Source: Mobula hypostoma (taxonomy: Eukaryota). From it: a stretch of DNA of 64,000 bases. The notes under the pieces are model-generated. The model did not search any database. It was given only the letters and a program-made list of their open reading frames with translations, and was not told the DNA's origin. Positions 11,742 to 25,400 of the stretch are shown piece by piece. Where the stretch lies: NCBI RefSeq assembly GCF_963921235.1, contig NC_086098.1, positions 3,844,001-3,908,000 of the forward strand, given 5' to 3'. Within the stretch, counting starts at the first letter, position 1; every line of letters starts with the position of its first letter. Made by a program: the position numbers and the translations under genes.

Positions 11742-12770
11742 AAAAGATGTCTGGCATTGGAGCGGGTCCAGAGCAGGTTCACAACGATGATCTTGGGTAT
11801 CAAAGGATTGACTTATGAAGATGCTTTGATGGCCTTGGGCCTGTACTCACTGGAGTTTAGAAGAATTGGGGGAGGGACTGCAATCTCATTGAAACCTATC
11901 AAATGTTGAAAGGCCTAGATAGAATGGATATGGAGAGGATGTTTCCTATAGTGGGGGAGTCTAGGACCAGAGAGCACAGCCTCAAGATACAAGGACGTCC
12001 TTTTAAAAAATAGATAAGGAAGAATTTATGGAATTCATTGCCACAGATGGCTGTGGAGGCCAAGTCATAGAGTATATTGAATATGGAGGTTGGTAGGTTC
12101 TTGAATAATAAGGGTGTCAAAGGTTACGGGGAGAAGTGAAGAGAATGAGGTTGTGTGTGAAAATAAATCAACCAGGATGGAGTGAGAGCAGACTCAATGG
12201 GCTGAATAGCCTCTTTCAGTGTCCTGTGGTGTTGATGTTGTGGATGTGTGCTTAGATGTTAAGTTTACAATCAGACATGATACTGAAGTTGTGAATGTTC
12301 TGGTACAACTGCCTACATTTTTCCGGGATGGAGTTGTGAGAGAAGGACTTGTTTAACTGCGGGCTGGGGAGAGGGTTCTAGATTATTCAGGGAATCACAG
12401 GTTACAGGGTAAAGACAGGAAAGTTAGGATAGAGAGGGCTAATAAATCAGCCGTGATAGAATGGCAGAGCTAACTCAATGGGCCGAATGGCTTAATTCTG
12501 CCCCTCCGTCTTATGGTCTTATTGTGCTGATGTTGTAGATGTGTGCTTAGATGTTAAGTTTAGAGTCAGATATGACACTGAAGTTGTGAATGTTTTGATA
12601 TAGCTTCTTACATTTTCCTGAGTTGTGAGAGAGGGACTGGTTTATTTGGGCGGGGGGGGTAGTTCTTGATTAGTCAGGGCTTCAAAGGATATGGGGTTGA
12701 GAGGGTAATAAATCAGTCATGATGGAGCAGACTCAATTGGCCAAATGGCCTAATTCTGCTCCTGTGGTCC
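11742..12770 (+). mobile_element. CR1 3' end followed by a diverged tandem duplication of tail plus flank
   Basis: LERVQSRFT.MI.G.KGL.YE..L.ALGLYSLEFRR. Flank 12230-12360 is repeated at 12525-12650. Confidence 0.75.
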
Positions 12771-12979
12771 AAATTGGGGCCTTTTATTCCATTGCCAGCG
12801 ATCTCCTCAAAGCCATTTCCTCCCCTGTATCTGGTCCACTTTGAAGCATGATATAAGTCCAGTCACAAGCAACTCTGTGGTGCTCAATTTCATTCAGAGC
12901 TTTCTCCCTAACAAAGCAGTCACGAAAACCTGCGTCAGACCTAACCTTTCACCAACAGCTAACAGTTGCACCGTTATAG

Positions 12980-13350
12980 TAGTGCAGTCACTCGAGTCGA
13001 GGTATGATGTTTTTTAAGGGGTTGTCTATTTGCGGGTCTTCAGGTGGCTGTAGAGGCTGGTCTGGGATCCACATAACCATGATGTAAGGGGGGATTCCCT
13101 TCACAATGAACGTCTGTACGTGACTTTGTTTAATGTGGGGAGGCAGATGCATAGGCATCAGATTGGGGTCAGGGTCCAGTGACATGGAATGCAAGATGAC
13201 TGAGGACCCTCCCCTGCTGCAGCCTTCCTCCACCTTCACTCCCGTGGTGATGTGACATCACCTTCCACCAGCTCCACTGTTGACATCTCGGTTGGATCGC
13301 TTTTTGTCTGGAACCTCCCATCTGAACTTACCACAATGTGTGACCAAGGA
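12980..13350 (-). mobile_element. RTE-related non-autonomous element
   Basis: 3' end shared with 48485-48720 and with the RTE fragment at 14200. Confidence 0.55.
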
Positions 13351-13355
13351 GCTCT

Positions 13356-13855
13356 TAGTCATAGTCATAGTCATACTTAATTGATCCTGGGGGAAACTGG
13401 TTTTCGTTACAGTTGCACTGTCAATAATAGTAATAGAACCATAAATAGTTAAATAGTAATATGTAAATTATGCCAGGAAATAAGTCCAGGACCAGCCTAT
13501 TGGCTCAGGGTGTCTGACCCTCCAAGGGAGGAGTTGTAAAGTTTGATGGCCACAGGCAGGAATGACTTCCTATGACGCTCTGTGCTGCATCTCGGTGGAA
13601 TGAGTCTCTGGCTGAATGTACTCCTGTGCCCACCCAGTACATTATGTAGTGGATGGGAGACATTGACCAAGATGGCATGCAACTTGAACAGCATCCTCTT
13701 TTCAGACACCACCATCAGAGAGTCCAGTTCCATCCCCACAACATCACTGGCCTTGCGAATGAGATTGTTGATTCTCTTGGTGTCTGCTACCCTCAGCCTG
13801 CTGCCCCAGCACACAACAGCAAACATGATAGCACTGGCCACCACAGACTCGTAGA
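13356..13855 (-). mobile_element. Rex/Babar-type LINE 3' end with (TGACTA)n tail
   Basis: ORF 13497-13844: VASAIMFAVVCWG...SHPLH...RKSFLPVAIKLYN. Confidence 0.88.
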
Positions 13856-14199
13856 AGCTAAGCTCCAGACGACATCTCTCTCAGGATTTCAGGAATTCAC
13901 AAGCATCTCCATTCGACAAGGTGATGATACTCCAAGTGTACTGTGTGGTTGTCCATCGTACAACGATGAGAACCATTCTCGTCATCTGAGATTTGTAGAG
14001 GCTGGATTGGTCAAAATTAGAACCGGGTTTAATATCGCCAGCCAATGTCGTGAGATTTGTTGCTTTTGTGGCAGCTGCACAATGCAATACATAATAATAG
14101 AGAAAGAAAACTGTGAATTATAGTAAATATACGTATATATATATTAAATAGTTAAACAAGTAGTACAAAAAAGAAATAAAGAAAAGTAGTGATGTAGTG

Positions 14200-14745
14200 T
14201 TCGTGGGTATGCAGTTGGCTGGAGAGGCCAATCCACGCTTGAAATGTTTTTTGGCAGATTGGACAAAAGATGACAGCCACATTGGGTTGGGGTTAGCTGG
14301 CTCAGGCTTTCCTGGCCAGCCTATGTCTCTCTGTGGCAATTGTTCTTTCTGTCTTTTGTTAGTGCACCCTTACAGAGGTAGGAGCACCACGTAACCCGAT
14401 CCAGGGCGATATGTTCCATGTGTCTGGGTTGATGCCAAAGAATTTTAGTGAAGTTTTTAGGATGTTTTTAGAGCATTTCCTTTGACCTCCATGGGGACGC
14501 TTTCCTTTCAGTAATTTCTCTTAGGCAGCCGATGGTGCGGTATATGAGCTGTGTGTAACTGGTACTACATCAGGATGGTTTAGACACTGGGCAGTCCCAC
14601 CTTGGTAAGTACCTCCGTGTCAGGGATTCTGTCTAGCCACTTAATATTGAACAGCTTTCTGAGGCAGACTGTGTAGAAATGGTTCAATTTCTTGGCATGC
14701 CAGTGGTATACTGTCCATGTTTTGCAAGTATAAAGCAGAGTACGA
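14200..14745 (-). mobile_element. RTE LINE 3' coding remnant
   Basis: Minus strand reads W.DRIPDTEVLTKVGLPSV and ends near IGLSSQ, typical of the RTE ORF C-terminus. Confidence 0.7.
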
Positions 14746-15384
14746 AGTATTTTTTTTTTATTTATTGAGCTACATCACGGAGAAGGCCTCTCCGGCCTTT
14801 TAAGCTATGCCACTCGGCAATGCTCAATTTAACCCTAGCCTAATTATTGGACAATTTGCAATGACCAATTAACTGGCCAAGTGGTACATCTTTGGACTGT
14901 GGTAGAAGACCAGAGCACCCAGAGGAAATCCACGCACACACAAGGAGGAACATACAAACTCTTTACAGACAGCGGTGGGTAAAAGTACTATGGCCCTATA
15001 TACCTTCAGCTTTATCTGTAGATCTATGCTTCTTCCGTACCGTGTACTGTAAGTGTGAGATAATGACCATCTTGAAGAAGCAAAGCTCCATTCTCCTTAG
15101 CCAGACATTCACTGTTACTGAGGCTCTCCAATCAAAATCTCGGAGACCACCATTGACTAAGTATGCTAATGATCCAACGTCATTAATTCTGCTGCTAGAA
15201 GAACAGAGTGGTGGCTGACACGTGTTGAATCCTAATGCTTTTGCCATCCAAAGGTTCTTTGGAAGTCAAGAATGTGGCATTAAACTAGTTGCTCATGGCC
15301 ATTTTAATATAGTTGCAAGAACAAAGAACAGACCGGGAAAGGAAAAGGAAACAGCGGCCGTGGTTGTCTCATATGTGAGTCATT

Positions 15385-15742
15385 CATCTGTTATGTACCC
15401 TGTTGTATGACGTGGGCAATCATGGTCTCATGATCATGGCTGCTCTTGCAAATTTTTCTACAGAAGTGGTTTGCCATTGCCTTCTTCTGGGCAGAGTCTT
15501 TACAAGACGGGTGACCCCAGCCATTGTCAATGCTCCTCAGAGATTGTCTGCCTGGCATCAGCGGTCACATAACCAGGACTTGTGATTTGCAGCAGCTGCT
15601 CATACGACCGGCCACCACCTCCCATGTGACCCTGATCGGGGGGCTAAGCAGGTTCTGTGCATACCCAAAGATGGCCTGCTGGCTAGCAGAGGGAAGGAGC
15701 ACCTTACACCTCCTTTGGTAGAGACGTATCTCGGCCTCACCA
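15385..15742 (-). mobile_element. Non-autonomous RTE (BovB-like) derivative
   Basis: Contains GAAGGCAATGGCAAACCACTTC on the minus strand, a motif recalled from RTE/BovB-mobilised SINEs. Confidence 0.6.
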
Positions 15743-15914
15743 TCTGACATATCAGACGAGAGATAAAATTCCACTGACAACAATTAACCTTTAAAATAGC
15801 CATTTGTGTTGTGTTGCCTGCTACTGAAGACTAAGAAGCTTCTATAAAAATACAGAAACAACTGTACTGCAATTGCTGGAGAATTTACTGAACAATTTTT
15901 TTGATACTGATCAA

Positions 15915-16582
15915 CAGAAAGATTCTTTCGTGTCAAAGTGAAAACAGATCTCTACAAATTGATCTAAATAATTTACAAATATAAAACACAAAATCATTAA
16001 TTCACCCCTTTTAATATGATCATGAAAGAAAGGGACTAGCCAGGGAGGCCTCCAAGAGACCTGTGACAACTCTGGAGGAGTTACAAGCTTCAGTGGCTGA
16101 GATGGGAGAGAATGCACACACAACAACTGTTGCCCGGGTGCTTCACCAGTCGCAGCTTTATGGGAGAGTGGCAAAGAGAAAGCCACTGTTGGAAAAACTC
16201 ACATGAAATCTTGGCTAGAGTTTGCCTGAAGGCATGTTGGAGATTTGGAAGTCAGCTGGAAGAAGGTTCCATGGTCCGATGAAACTAAAATTGAGCTTTT
16301 TTGGCCATCAGACCAAACATTATCTTTGGTACAAGCCAAACACTGCATATCATCAAAAACACATCATCCCTACCGTGAAGCATGGAGGCGGCTGCATCAT
16401 GCTGTGGGGTTGCTTCAACTGCAGCAGGTCCTGGAAGGCTGGTGAAGGTAGAGAGTAAAATGAATGCAGCGAAATACAGGGAGATCCTGGAGGGAAAAAT
16501 GATGCAGTCTGCAAGAGAACTGCGACTTGGGAGAAGAATTGTTTTCCAGCAATACAATGACCCCAAGCATAAAGCCAAACTG
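15915..16582 (+). mobile_element. Deleted Tc1 transposon fragment
   Basis: WSDETKIELF, PTVKHGGGCIMLWGCF, FQQ.NDPKH across frameshifts. Confidence 0.9.
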
Positions 16583-16620
16583 TTTCAGGCTGTATCTCTA
16601 AATAAGAAAGAAGGTTTTTT

Positions 16621-16791
16621 GAATAGCATTGTAACTTTTTATCTTCATTTGAGCCGGCAGATGAGGGTTTCCATTTTAACTTCTCGTTCAAGTGATGCCA
16701 TCTTTAACAAACAATAATCTACATTATGTGCTGGAGTCCCGGAGTGGGGCTTGAACTTGTGACCTTCCAACTCCGATGAAAGCATAGCCAC
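16621..16791 (-). mobile_element. Ancient DeuSINE (SacSINE1/AmnSINE1-like) relic
   Basis: Minus strand shows B-box GTTCAAGCCCCACTCC..GACT..AGCACATAAT, then GATGGCATC..GAGAAGTTAAA..CATCTGCC..CTCA..TAAAAA, resembling the recalled Deu domain. Confidence 0.6.
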
Positions 16792-17576
16792 TTTTTTTTT
16801 TAACCCCAGTTTAATTGCTATGTCTGCACACGTAACGGAATCATTTTCTCAAGAATATATTTGCCAATGACGGCACAATGAGAAGTGGGGTTGCAATGAG
16901 ACGTGAAGCTGTCAGCTAAGTATTCCATATAGAAAAGGTAACCAACAGCAATAGGATAATGGACAAATTAAATTCCGAAGTCAGCCCGAGTCTGAGGAGA
17001 ACAAAATACACGTGGAATACACAGACCTTCATCATTGACCGTAATTGTGAAATGTAACATTTATTTATTGGTAAAACTAAATCTCTGAAATTCAACACCC
17101 AAAGCCAGAATCTTACAAAAAAAGCTTGTAATTGGTTTATTTATTTATTTATTTATTGAGAAACAGTGCAGAATAGGCCCTTCCGGCCCTTTGAGCCACA
17201 CCGCCCAGCAACCCCCGATTTAATCCTGGCCTAATCATGGGACAATTTACAATGACCAATTAACCTACCAACCGGTATGTCTTTTGACTGTGGGAGGAAA
17301 CGGACACAGCCACAGGGAGAACATACAAACAGTGGCAGAAAATGAGCTCAGGTCCCCTGTACTGTAAGTGTTGTGCTAACCACTATGCCACCCCTGATAT
17401 AGTACAGGCAACAGTACGGCACAGGAGCAGGCCCTTCGGCTCACAATGTTGTAGTGAGTCCAATTAAATCAGTAAACAAATGGTCTTTTCTGCCAATTCA
17501 ATATCCTCATCCTTCCATTTTCCTCACATTCATGCTGATCGAAGCATCTGTTAACAATCCGTAATGTATCTGCCTC

Positions 17577-18243
17577 TCAGAATCAGAATCAGAATCCTTT
17601 ATTATTGCCAAGTATGTGAACACACACAGGGAATTTGATGTTGGTTTCCCTGAGCACTTGCTGTACAGAATCAAAAAGCAAACAAAACAATTGTGCAAAT
17701 AATCGTGAACTATATACAATGAGGTATGCCTGTGTATGTACAGGTGGACTTGGTTTATAATAGACTAAAATTCAAGTGTTCATAAGATGGCATACGGAAA
17801 GAAACTGTTCTTGTACCTATTTGTCCTGGCATACAGTGATCTAAAGCGCCTACCAGAAGGAAGGAGTTGGAACAGATGATGTCCAGGGTGTGATGGGTCT
17901 ACAATGATGCTGCTTGCTCGCTTCCTGACTGTAGATGCATATAAGTCCTGGATCAAGGGCAACTTCACACCAATAATCCTTTCCGCAGCCCTGACGGTTC
18001 TTTGGAGTCTATTCTTGTTTTGTTTGGTCGCTGATCCAAACCAGACAGTGATGGACGAACAGAAAACAGACTGGATTTTCCTGAATAGAATTGAATCAGC
18101 AGCTCCTGAGGCAGGTTATACTTCCTGAGTTGGCGTAGGAAATACAACCTCTGCTCAGCCTTTTTGATAAGAGTGTCCGTGTTGGGTGTCCACTTCAGGT
18201 CCTGGGAGATTGTGACACCCAGAAACCTGAAGGTCTCCACACC
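17577..18243 (-). mobile_element. Rex/Babar LINE 3' part with (TTCTGA)n tail
   Basis: VETFRFLGVTISQDLKW..KKAEQRLYFLRQLRK; DPSHPGH.LF.LLPSGRR. Confidence 0.88.
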
Positions 18244-18246
18244 ATT

Positions 18247-21200
18247 CATAAGGCCATAAGACATAGGAGTAAAATTCATCCATTCAGCCCATCAGGTCTG
18301 CTCCACCATTCCCTCATGGCTGATCTTGGATCCCACTGAATTCCATACACCTGCCTTCATGCCATTATCCTTTGACACCCTGAACAATCAGGAAATTATC
18401 AACTTCTGTTTTAAATATACCCATGGACTTGGCCTCCACTGCGGTCCATGGCAGCGCATTCCACAGATTCAGTACTCTCTGGCTAAAAAAATTTCTCCTT
18501 GCTTCTGTTCTAAAAGGTCACCCCTCAATTTTGAGGCTGTGCCCTCTAGTTCTGGATACCCCCACCAAAGGAAACATCTTCTCCACATCCGCCTTATCTA
18601 GTCCTTTCAACATCTGGTAGGTTTCAATGAGATCTCCCTGTATTCTTCTAAATTCCAGTGAGTACAGGCCCAAAGTTGCCAGATGCTCCTCATATGTTAA
18701 TCCCTTTGTTCCCGGAATCATCCTCGTGAACCACCTCTGGACTCTCTCCAATAAGAACACATCCTTTCTGAGATATGGGGCCCAAAGCTGTTGACAATAC
18801 TCTTAAGTGTGGCCTGACTAGAGTCTTATAAAGCCTCAGCATTATCTCCTTGCTTTTATATTCCTTGAAATAAATGTCAACATAGGATTTGTCTTCTTTA
18901 CCACAGACTCAATTTGTAAATTAATTTAACCTTCTGGGAGTCTTGCATGTGAACTCCCAGGTCCCTCTGCACCTGTGATGTTTGAACCTTCTCCCCTTTT
19001 AGATAATTGTCCACACTTTTCCTTTTACCAAATGCATTAATATACATTTCTCAACAGTGTATTCCATCTGCCACTTTTTTGCCAATTCTCCCAATTTATC
19101 AAAGTCCTGCTGCTTCCTCAACACTACTTATCCCTCCACCTATCTTCGTATCATCCCCAAACTTTGCCACAAATTCCATTATCTAAATCATTGACAAACA
19201 ATGTGAAAAGTCGCGTTCCCAATACTGACCTGTGAGTAACACCACTAGTCACTGGCAGCCAACCAGAAAAGGCCCCCTTTATTCCTACTTACTCCCTCCT
19301 GCCTGTCAGCTGTTCATCTATCCATGCCAAGATATTTCCTGTAAAGTCATAGGATTTTATCTTGTTAAGTAGTCTTGTGTGTGGCAGCTTATCAAATGCC
19401 TTCCTGAAAATACAAGTAAATGACATCCACTGCTTCTCTTTTGTCCACCCTGGTTGTTACTTCCTAAAAAGCTCTTAACAGATTTATCAGGCAAGATTTC
19501 CCTTAACAGAAACCCTGCTGTCTTTGACTTATTTTATCATTAGTACCCAAGTGCCCCGAAACCTTATCCTTAATAAGAGCCGAGAGGTAATGTTGCAGCT
19601 ATGTAGGACCCTGGTCAGATCCCACTTGGAGTACTGTGCTCATTTCTGCTCGCCTCAGTACAGGAAGGATGTGGAAACCATAGAAAGCATGAAGAGGAGA
19701 TTTACAAGGATGTTGCCTGGATTGGGGAGCTTGCCTTATGAGAATAGGTTGAGTGAACTCAGCCTTTTCTCCTTGGAGCGACGGAGGATGAGAAGTGACC
19801 TGATAGAGGTGTACAAGATAATGAGAGGCATTGATGGTGTGGATAGTCAGAGACTTTTTCCCAGGGCTGAAATGGCTGGCACGAGAGGGCATAGTTTTAA
19901 GGTGCTTGGAAGTAGGTACAGAGGAGATGTCAGGGGTAAGTTTTTTACACAGAGTGGTGAGTGCATGGAATTGGCTGCGGGCGGCGGTGGTGGAGGCGGA
20001 AACGTTAGTGTCTTTTAAGAGACTCCTGGATGGCTACATGCAGCTTAGAAAAATAAAAGGCTATGTGTAAAGCCGAGGTAGTTCTAAGGTAGGGACATGT
20101 TCGGCACAGCTTTGTGGGCCGAAGGGCCTGTATTGTGTTGTAGGTTTTCCATGTTTCTATGTTTAATAATAGACTCCAATACTTTCCCAACCACTGAGGT
20201 TAGGCTAACTGGCCTATAATTTTGTGTCTTTTGCCTTCCTCCCTTCTTAAAGAGTGGAGTGACATTTGCAATTTTCCAGTCCTCCAGGATCATGCCAGAG
20301 TCAAATGATTCTTGAAAGATCATGACCAATGCATACATTATCTTTTTAGCACCCTCTCTCAGAACTGTGGGATGTAGTCCATCTGGTTCAGGTCATATAT
20401 CCTCCTTAAGACCTTTAAGTTTGCCTAGCATTTTTTCTTTTGTAATGGCAATGGCACTCACTGCTGTTCCCTCACATTCACAGACCTCTGGCACAGCTAG
20501 TGTCTTCCACAGTGAAGACAGATGCAAAGTACTCTAAGTTCATCTGTCATTTATTTGTCTCCTATTACCAGTTCACCAGCATCATTTTCCAGTGGTCCAA
20601 TATCATCTCTCACCCCTCTTTTACTCTTTCTATAACTCTAAGTATCCAGCTTTATATTATTGGCTCGTTGGCTCCGTTATTTCATCTCTTCCCTTCTTAT
20701 AGCTTTTTTAGTTGTCTTTTGTTGAATTTTAAAAGCTTCCCATTTATTAAACTTCCCACTCACTTTTGTTGTCTTCTATGCCCTTTTCTTGGCTTTTATG
20801 CAGTCCTTAACTTCCCTTGTTAGCCACATTTGCCTAGCCCTGCCATTTGAGAACACCTTCTTCTGTGGGACTTATCTATCCTGTGCCTTGTGAACTATTC
20901 CCAAAAACTTCAGCCACCTCTGTTCTGCCATTATCCCTGCCAGTATTTCCCTCCAATCCACCTGGGCAAGCTCCTCTCTCAAGCCTCTGTAATTCCCTTT
21001 ATTCCCTTGTGATACTGATACATTTGAGTTATGCTTCTCCCTCTCAAATTGCAGTATGAATTCAATCATATCATGATCACTGTCTCCTAAGAGTTCCTGT
21101 ATGTTAAGCTCCCTTATAAGATCTGGGTTATTACACAACACACAAGCTAAGATAGCCTCTCCCCAAGTAGACTCAAGCATAATCTGCCTAAAAAGCCATC

Positions 21201-21705
21201 TCATAGTCATTCAACAAATTCCCTGTCTAGCAATTTGACACCAACCTGATTTTCCCAATCCCCTTGCATATTGAAGTTCTCCTTTACAGTTGTGACATTA
21301 ACCTTATTACATGCCTTTTCCACCTCCCTTTGCAATCTCAACCCCACATGCTGGCTACTATTTGGAGGTCTGTATATGATTCCCATAATTTTTTTTTACC
21401 CTTGCTATTCCTTAACTTCACTCACAGAGGTTCAAAATTCTCTGACCCGATGTCACCTCTTTCTAAAGATGTAATTCCATCTCTTCTAACAGAGCCATAC
21501 CACCACTTGTGCTTTCCTGCCTGTCCTTTCATTACAAAGTATATCCTTTGATGTTCAGCTCCCAACCATGGTCTTCTTTCAGCCACGACTCTGTGATGCC
21601 CACTACGTCATATCGACCAATCTCTAATTATGCCACACGTTTGTCCACCTTACGTCAAATGCTAAGCAAATTTAAATACAGTACCTTCCGTCCTGCATTC
21701 TTCAC
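18247..21705 (-). mobile_element. Decayed CR1 LINE ORF2 (APE to 3' tail)
   Basis: Collinear CR1 peptides: SDHDMIEF, WKIANVTPLFKKG, NYRPVSLTSVVGK, GLYSLEFRR. Confidence 0.9.
19577..20162 (+). mobile_element. 5'-truncated CR1 (different subfamily) nested antisense in the CR1 above
   Basis: TTAATAA duplicated at 19570-76 and 20163-69. Tail tttccatgtttctatgtt. ORF 19524-20018. Confidence 0.88.
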
Positions 21706-22079
21706 AGTTTCCACGCACCCACCATTCTGTGTGTAAAAAAAAACTTCACCGGTCCTTTCAAATTATCCCCTTTCCCTGTAAATGCATTACCTTTGATATT
21801 AAATGAGGTTATAACTGAGAAACTTGGTGTCAAATTTATTTTCATAACAAATATTAAATCCCCTAGTGTGGGAAGGTATGTTAAAATGGAAGGATTGAAA
21901 GGAGGGAAATAAACTGCAGATATTTGTAAACCATCTGTTTTTTTTTGCATGAAATTCAGATTTACTTACCACGTGTACATCAGAACATACTGTGGAATGA
22001 GTCATTGCGTTAACCAACACACCCAAGGATGGATGTAGCCCACAAGCATCGACACACATTCCAACGCCGACAATACTAT

Positions 22080-25000
22080 GGATATAATGAAAGAATTGGA
22101 GTTGTTCTATTATTGTCATACGTACTGAGATAGAGTGAAAAGCTTGTCTTGCATGCTTTTCACTATATGTCAGTACAGTCTCGAAAGTATTTGCCTCTAC
22201 CGTCATACCAGGCAGTGCATTCCAGGCATCCACCACTCTCTGAGTAAAACACTTAGCCCTCACATCCCCTTTGAACCTACCCCCTCTCACCTTCAATACA
22301 TGCTCTCTGCTATTAGACTTTTCAACTCTGGGAAACAGATCATCTCTGTCCATTCATAATCTTATAAACCTCTATCAGTTCTCCCCTCAGCCTCTGGCAC
22401 TCAAGAGAAAACAACCCAAGTTTATCCAGCGTCCAGTAACAGCACATGCCCTCTCAATCAGGCGGCATCTTTGTGAGCCTCTTCTGCATCCTCTCCAAAG
22501 CTTCAACATCCTTCCTATAGTGGGGTGACCAGAACAGTATGCAATACTCCAGTTGTCGCCTAACCATCATTTTATAAAGTTGCAACATAACCTCCTGACC
22601 TTTGAACTCAATGCCTCGAATAATAAAAGCTAGCATTCCATAAGCCTTCTTAACCACCTTATTGAATGGTGTAGCCACTTTTAAGGAGCTATGAACTTGG
22701 ATCGCAAGGTCTCTGTGCTCAGCAACACTGTTAAACACCTTGCTCTTAACAGTGTACTGTCTCCTTGCATTTACCTTAACGAGGTGCAAATCCTCACATC
22801 TGGATTAAACTCGAGTTGCCATTTCTCAGCCCATATCTGCAACTGATCTATATTGCGTTGTATTCTTTGCCAGTCTTCTACACTATCCACAACTTCACCA
22901 ATCTTGGTATCATCTGCAAATTTACTAACCCACCCATTTACATTTTCATTCAGACCATTTATATATATATATCACAAACATCAGAGGTCCCAGCACAGAT
23001 CCCTGCAGGACACTCTAATTATAGACCTCCAGCTCAAATAAGTCCCTTCAAACAGTACCCCCACCCCCCATCTTCTGTGCACTAGCCAGTTCTGAATAGA
23101 AACAGCCAATTTTCCACAGACCCCATGCATCCTAATCTTCTGGATTTGCCTCCCATGAGGGACTTGTCAAACACCTTACTAAAATACATGTAGACAACAT
23201 CCTCTGCCCTACCCTCATCAATCGGTCTCATTACCTTGTCAAAAGACTCAATCAAGTTCGTAAGGCATGTCTTGCCATGCACAAAGCTATGTTGTCTCTC
23301 CCTAATTAGGCAATGGTTTCCAAATGCTCATCTATCCTATCCCAAAGAATTTTCTCCAGCAACTTCCCTGCAAAAGACGCAAGACTCAATGGTCTATAGT
23401 TCCCAGGATTTCTCTTCTTCCCTTCTTAAGTAGAACATTAGCCACTCGCCAGTCTTCCAGGACCTTTATTGTGGCCAGAGAGGACACGAAGATACTGGTC
23501 AAGGCCCCAGCAATCTCGTCCCTTGCCTCCTTTAATAACCTGAGGTGAATTCCATCAGGCCCTGGGAACTTATCCACCTTAAGACTCATTAGGCAGCCCA
23601 ACACTTTCTCCTCCTTGACCTCCAAATTAACTAATCTAATCTAAAAATACCCTAACATATTTACAAACTCAATACTGATCTCCTGATCCTCCATATCCTT
23701 TTTTTGGTAAATACTGAAGCAAAGTACTCATTAAGTACCTTACTCACATTCTCTGCATCCAAGCAAATATTTCCTCCTCCCATCCTTGAGTGGCCCCATC
23801 CTCTCTTTAGTTATCCTCTTGCACTTAATATATGTAGAGAATGCCTTGGGATTCACCTTAATCCTACTTGCCAAGCAATTTTCATGGCCCCTCCTGGCTT
23901 TCCTAATCCCTTCTTTAGTTCTTGTGTGGCTTCCTTATAATCCTCATGTGTTTCGTTTTATCCTGACTTCCAAAGCTTTACATCCTGTTCCTTTTTCTTC
24001 TTAACTAAATTGTGGATGACACCACAATTGTGGGCCGTATCTCGGGTAATGATGAGTTTGAGTACAGAGAGGAAATTAAGAACCTGGTGGCATGGCGCAA
24101 AGACAATAACCTATTCCTCAATGTCAGCAAGACGAAGGAATTGGTTGTTGACTTCAGAAGGAGTAGCGGACCGCACGACCCCATTTACATCGGTGGTGCG
24201 CAAGTGGAATAGGTCAAAAGCTTTAAGTTCCTCGAGGTCAATATCACAGATGACCTTACTTGGTCCAACCAAGCAGAGTCCGCTGCCAAGAAGGCCCACC
24301 AGCGCCTTTACTTCCTGAGGAAGCTAAGGAAATTTGGCCTGTCCCCTAAAACCCTCACTATTTTTTATAGATGCGCCGTAGAAAGCATCCTTCTAGGGTG
24401 CATCACAACCTGGTATGGAAGTTGTCCTGTCCAAGACCGGAAGAAGCTGCAGAAGATCGTGAACACAGCCCAGCACATCACACAAACTAATCTTCCGTCC
24501 TTGGACTCACTTTACACCGCACGTTGTCAGAGCAGTGCTGCCAGGATAATCAAGGACACGACCCACCCAGCCAACACACTTCTCGTCCCTCTTCCCTCCG
24601 GAAGTCTCAGGAGCTTGAAGACTCGTACGGCCAGATTTGGGAACAGCTTCTTTCCAACTGTGATAAGACTGCTGAACGGATCCTGACCCAGATCTGGGCC
24701 GTACCTTCCAAATATCTGGACCTGCCTCTCGGTTTTTTTCTCTACCTTACTTTCCCTTTTCTATTTTCTATTTATGATTTATAATTTAGATTTTTAATAT
24801 TTACTATCGATTTGTACTCCAGGGAGCACGAAGAGCAGAATCAAATATCGCTGTGATGATTGTACGCTCTAGTATCAATTGTTTGGTGACAATTAAGTAT
24901 AAAGTATCCCTTCTGGGCATCCAAGATTCTCTGTCTCCGTCCAATCTTTCCATCCTTGTCCTTCCTTCTAACAGGAACGTACCTTTCCTGTACTCTGTAC

Positions 25001-25400
25001 AATTGTTCCTTAAACACCCTCCACATGTCTGATGTGGACTTGCCAGAGAAAAGGTGTTCCCAATTAACATTTCTTAGTTCCTGCCTAATGTCCTCATAAT
25101 CTGCTCTACTCCAATTTAAAACTCTCCTACAAGGACCACACCTCTCCTTATCTACAACTATCTTGAAAGAGAGGAAGTTGTGGGCACTGTTTCCTAATTG
25201 CTCACCCACTGAAAGGTCAGTCACCCGGCGAGGCTTATGACCCAATACCAGGTCCAGTAAGGCCCCTCCTCTATTTGGACCGTCCTCGTATTGATTTAAT
25301 AAACCTTCCTGAATATACATAACATATTCTGCCCCATCTAAACCCCTTACACTAAGAAGGTCCCAGTTTATATTCGGGAAGTTGAAATCCTGTATGACAA
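22080..25400 (-). mobile_element. Decayed CR1 LINE ORF2 interrupted by a Rex element
   Basis: DFNFPNINW..LLDLVLG (24841-25440), PGPDGIH, FWSPHYRKD. Confidence 0.88.
24011..24907 (+). mobile_element. 5'-truncated Rex/Babar LINE
   Basis: DDTTIVGRIS..DE..YREE...LNVSKTKELVVDFRR; HPA..L.PLPSG; (aagtat)n tail. Confidence 0.9.
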
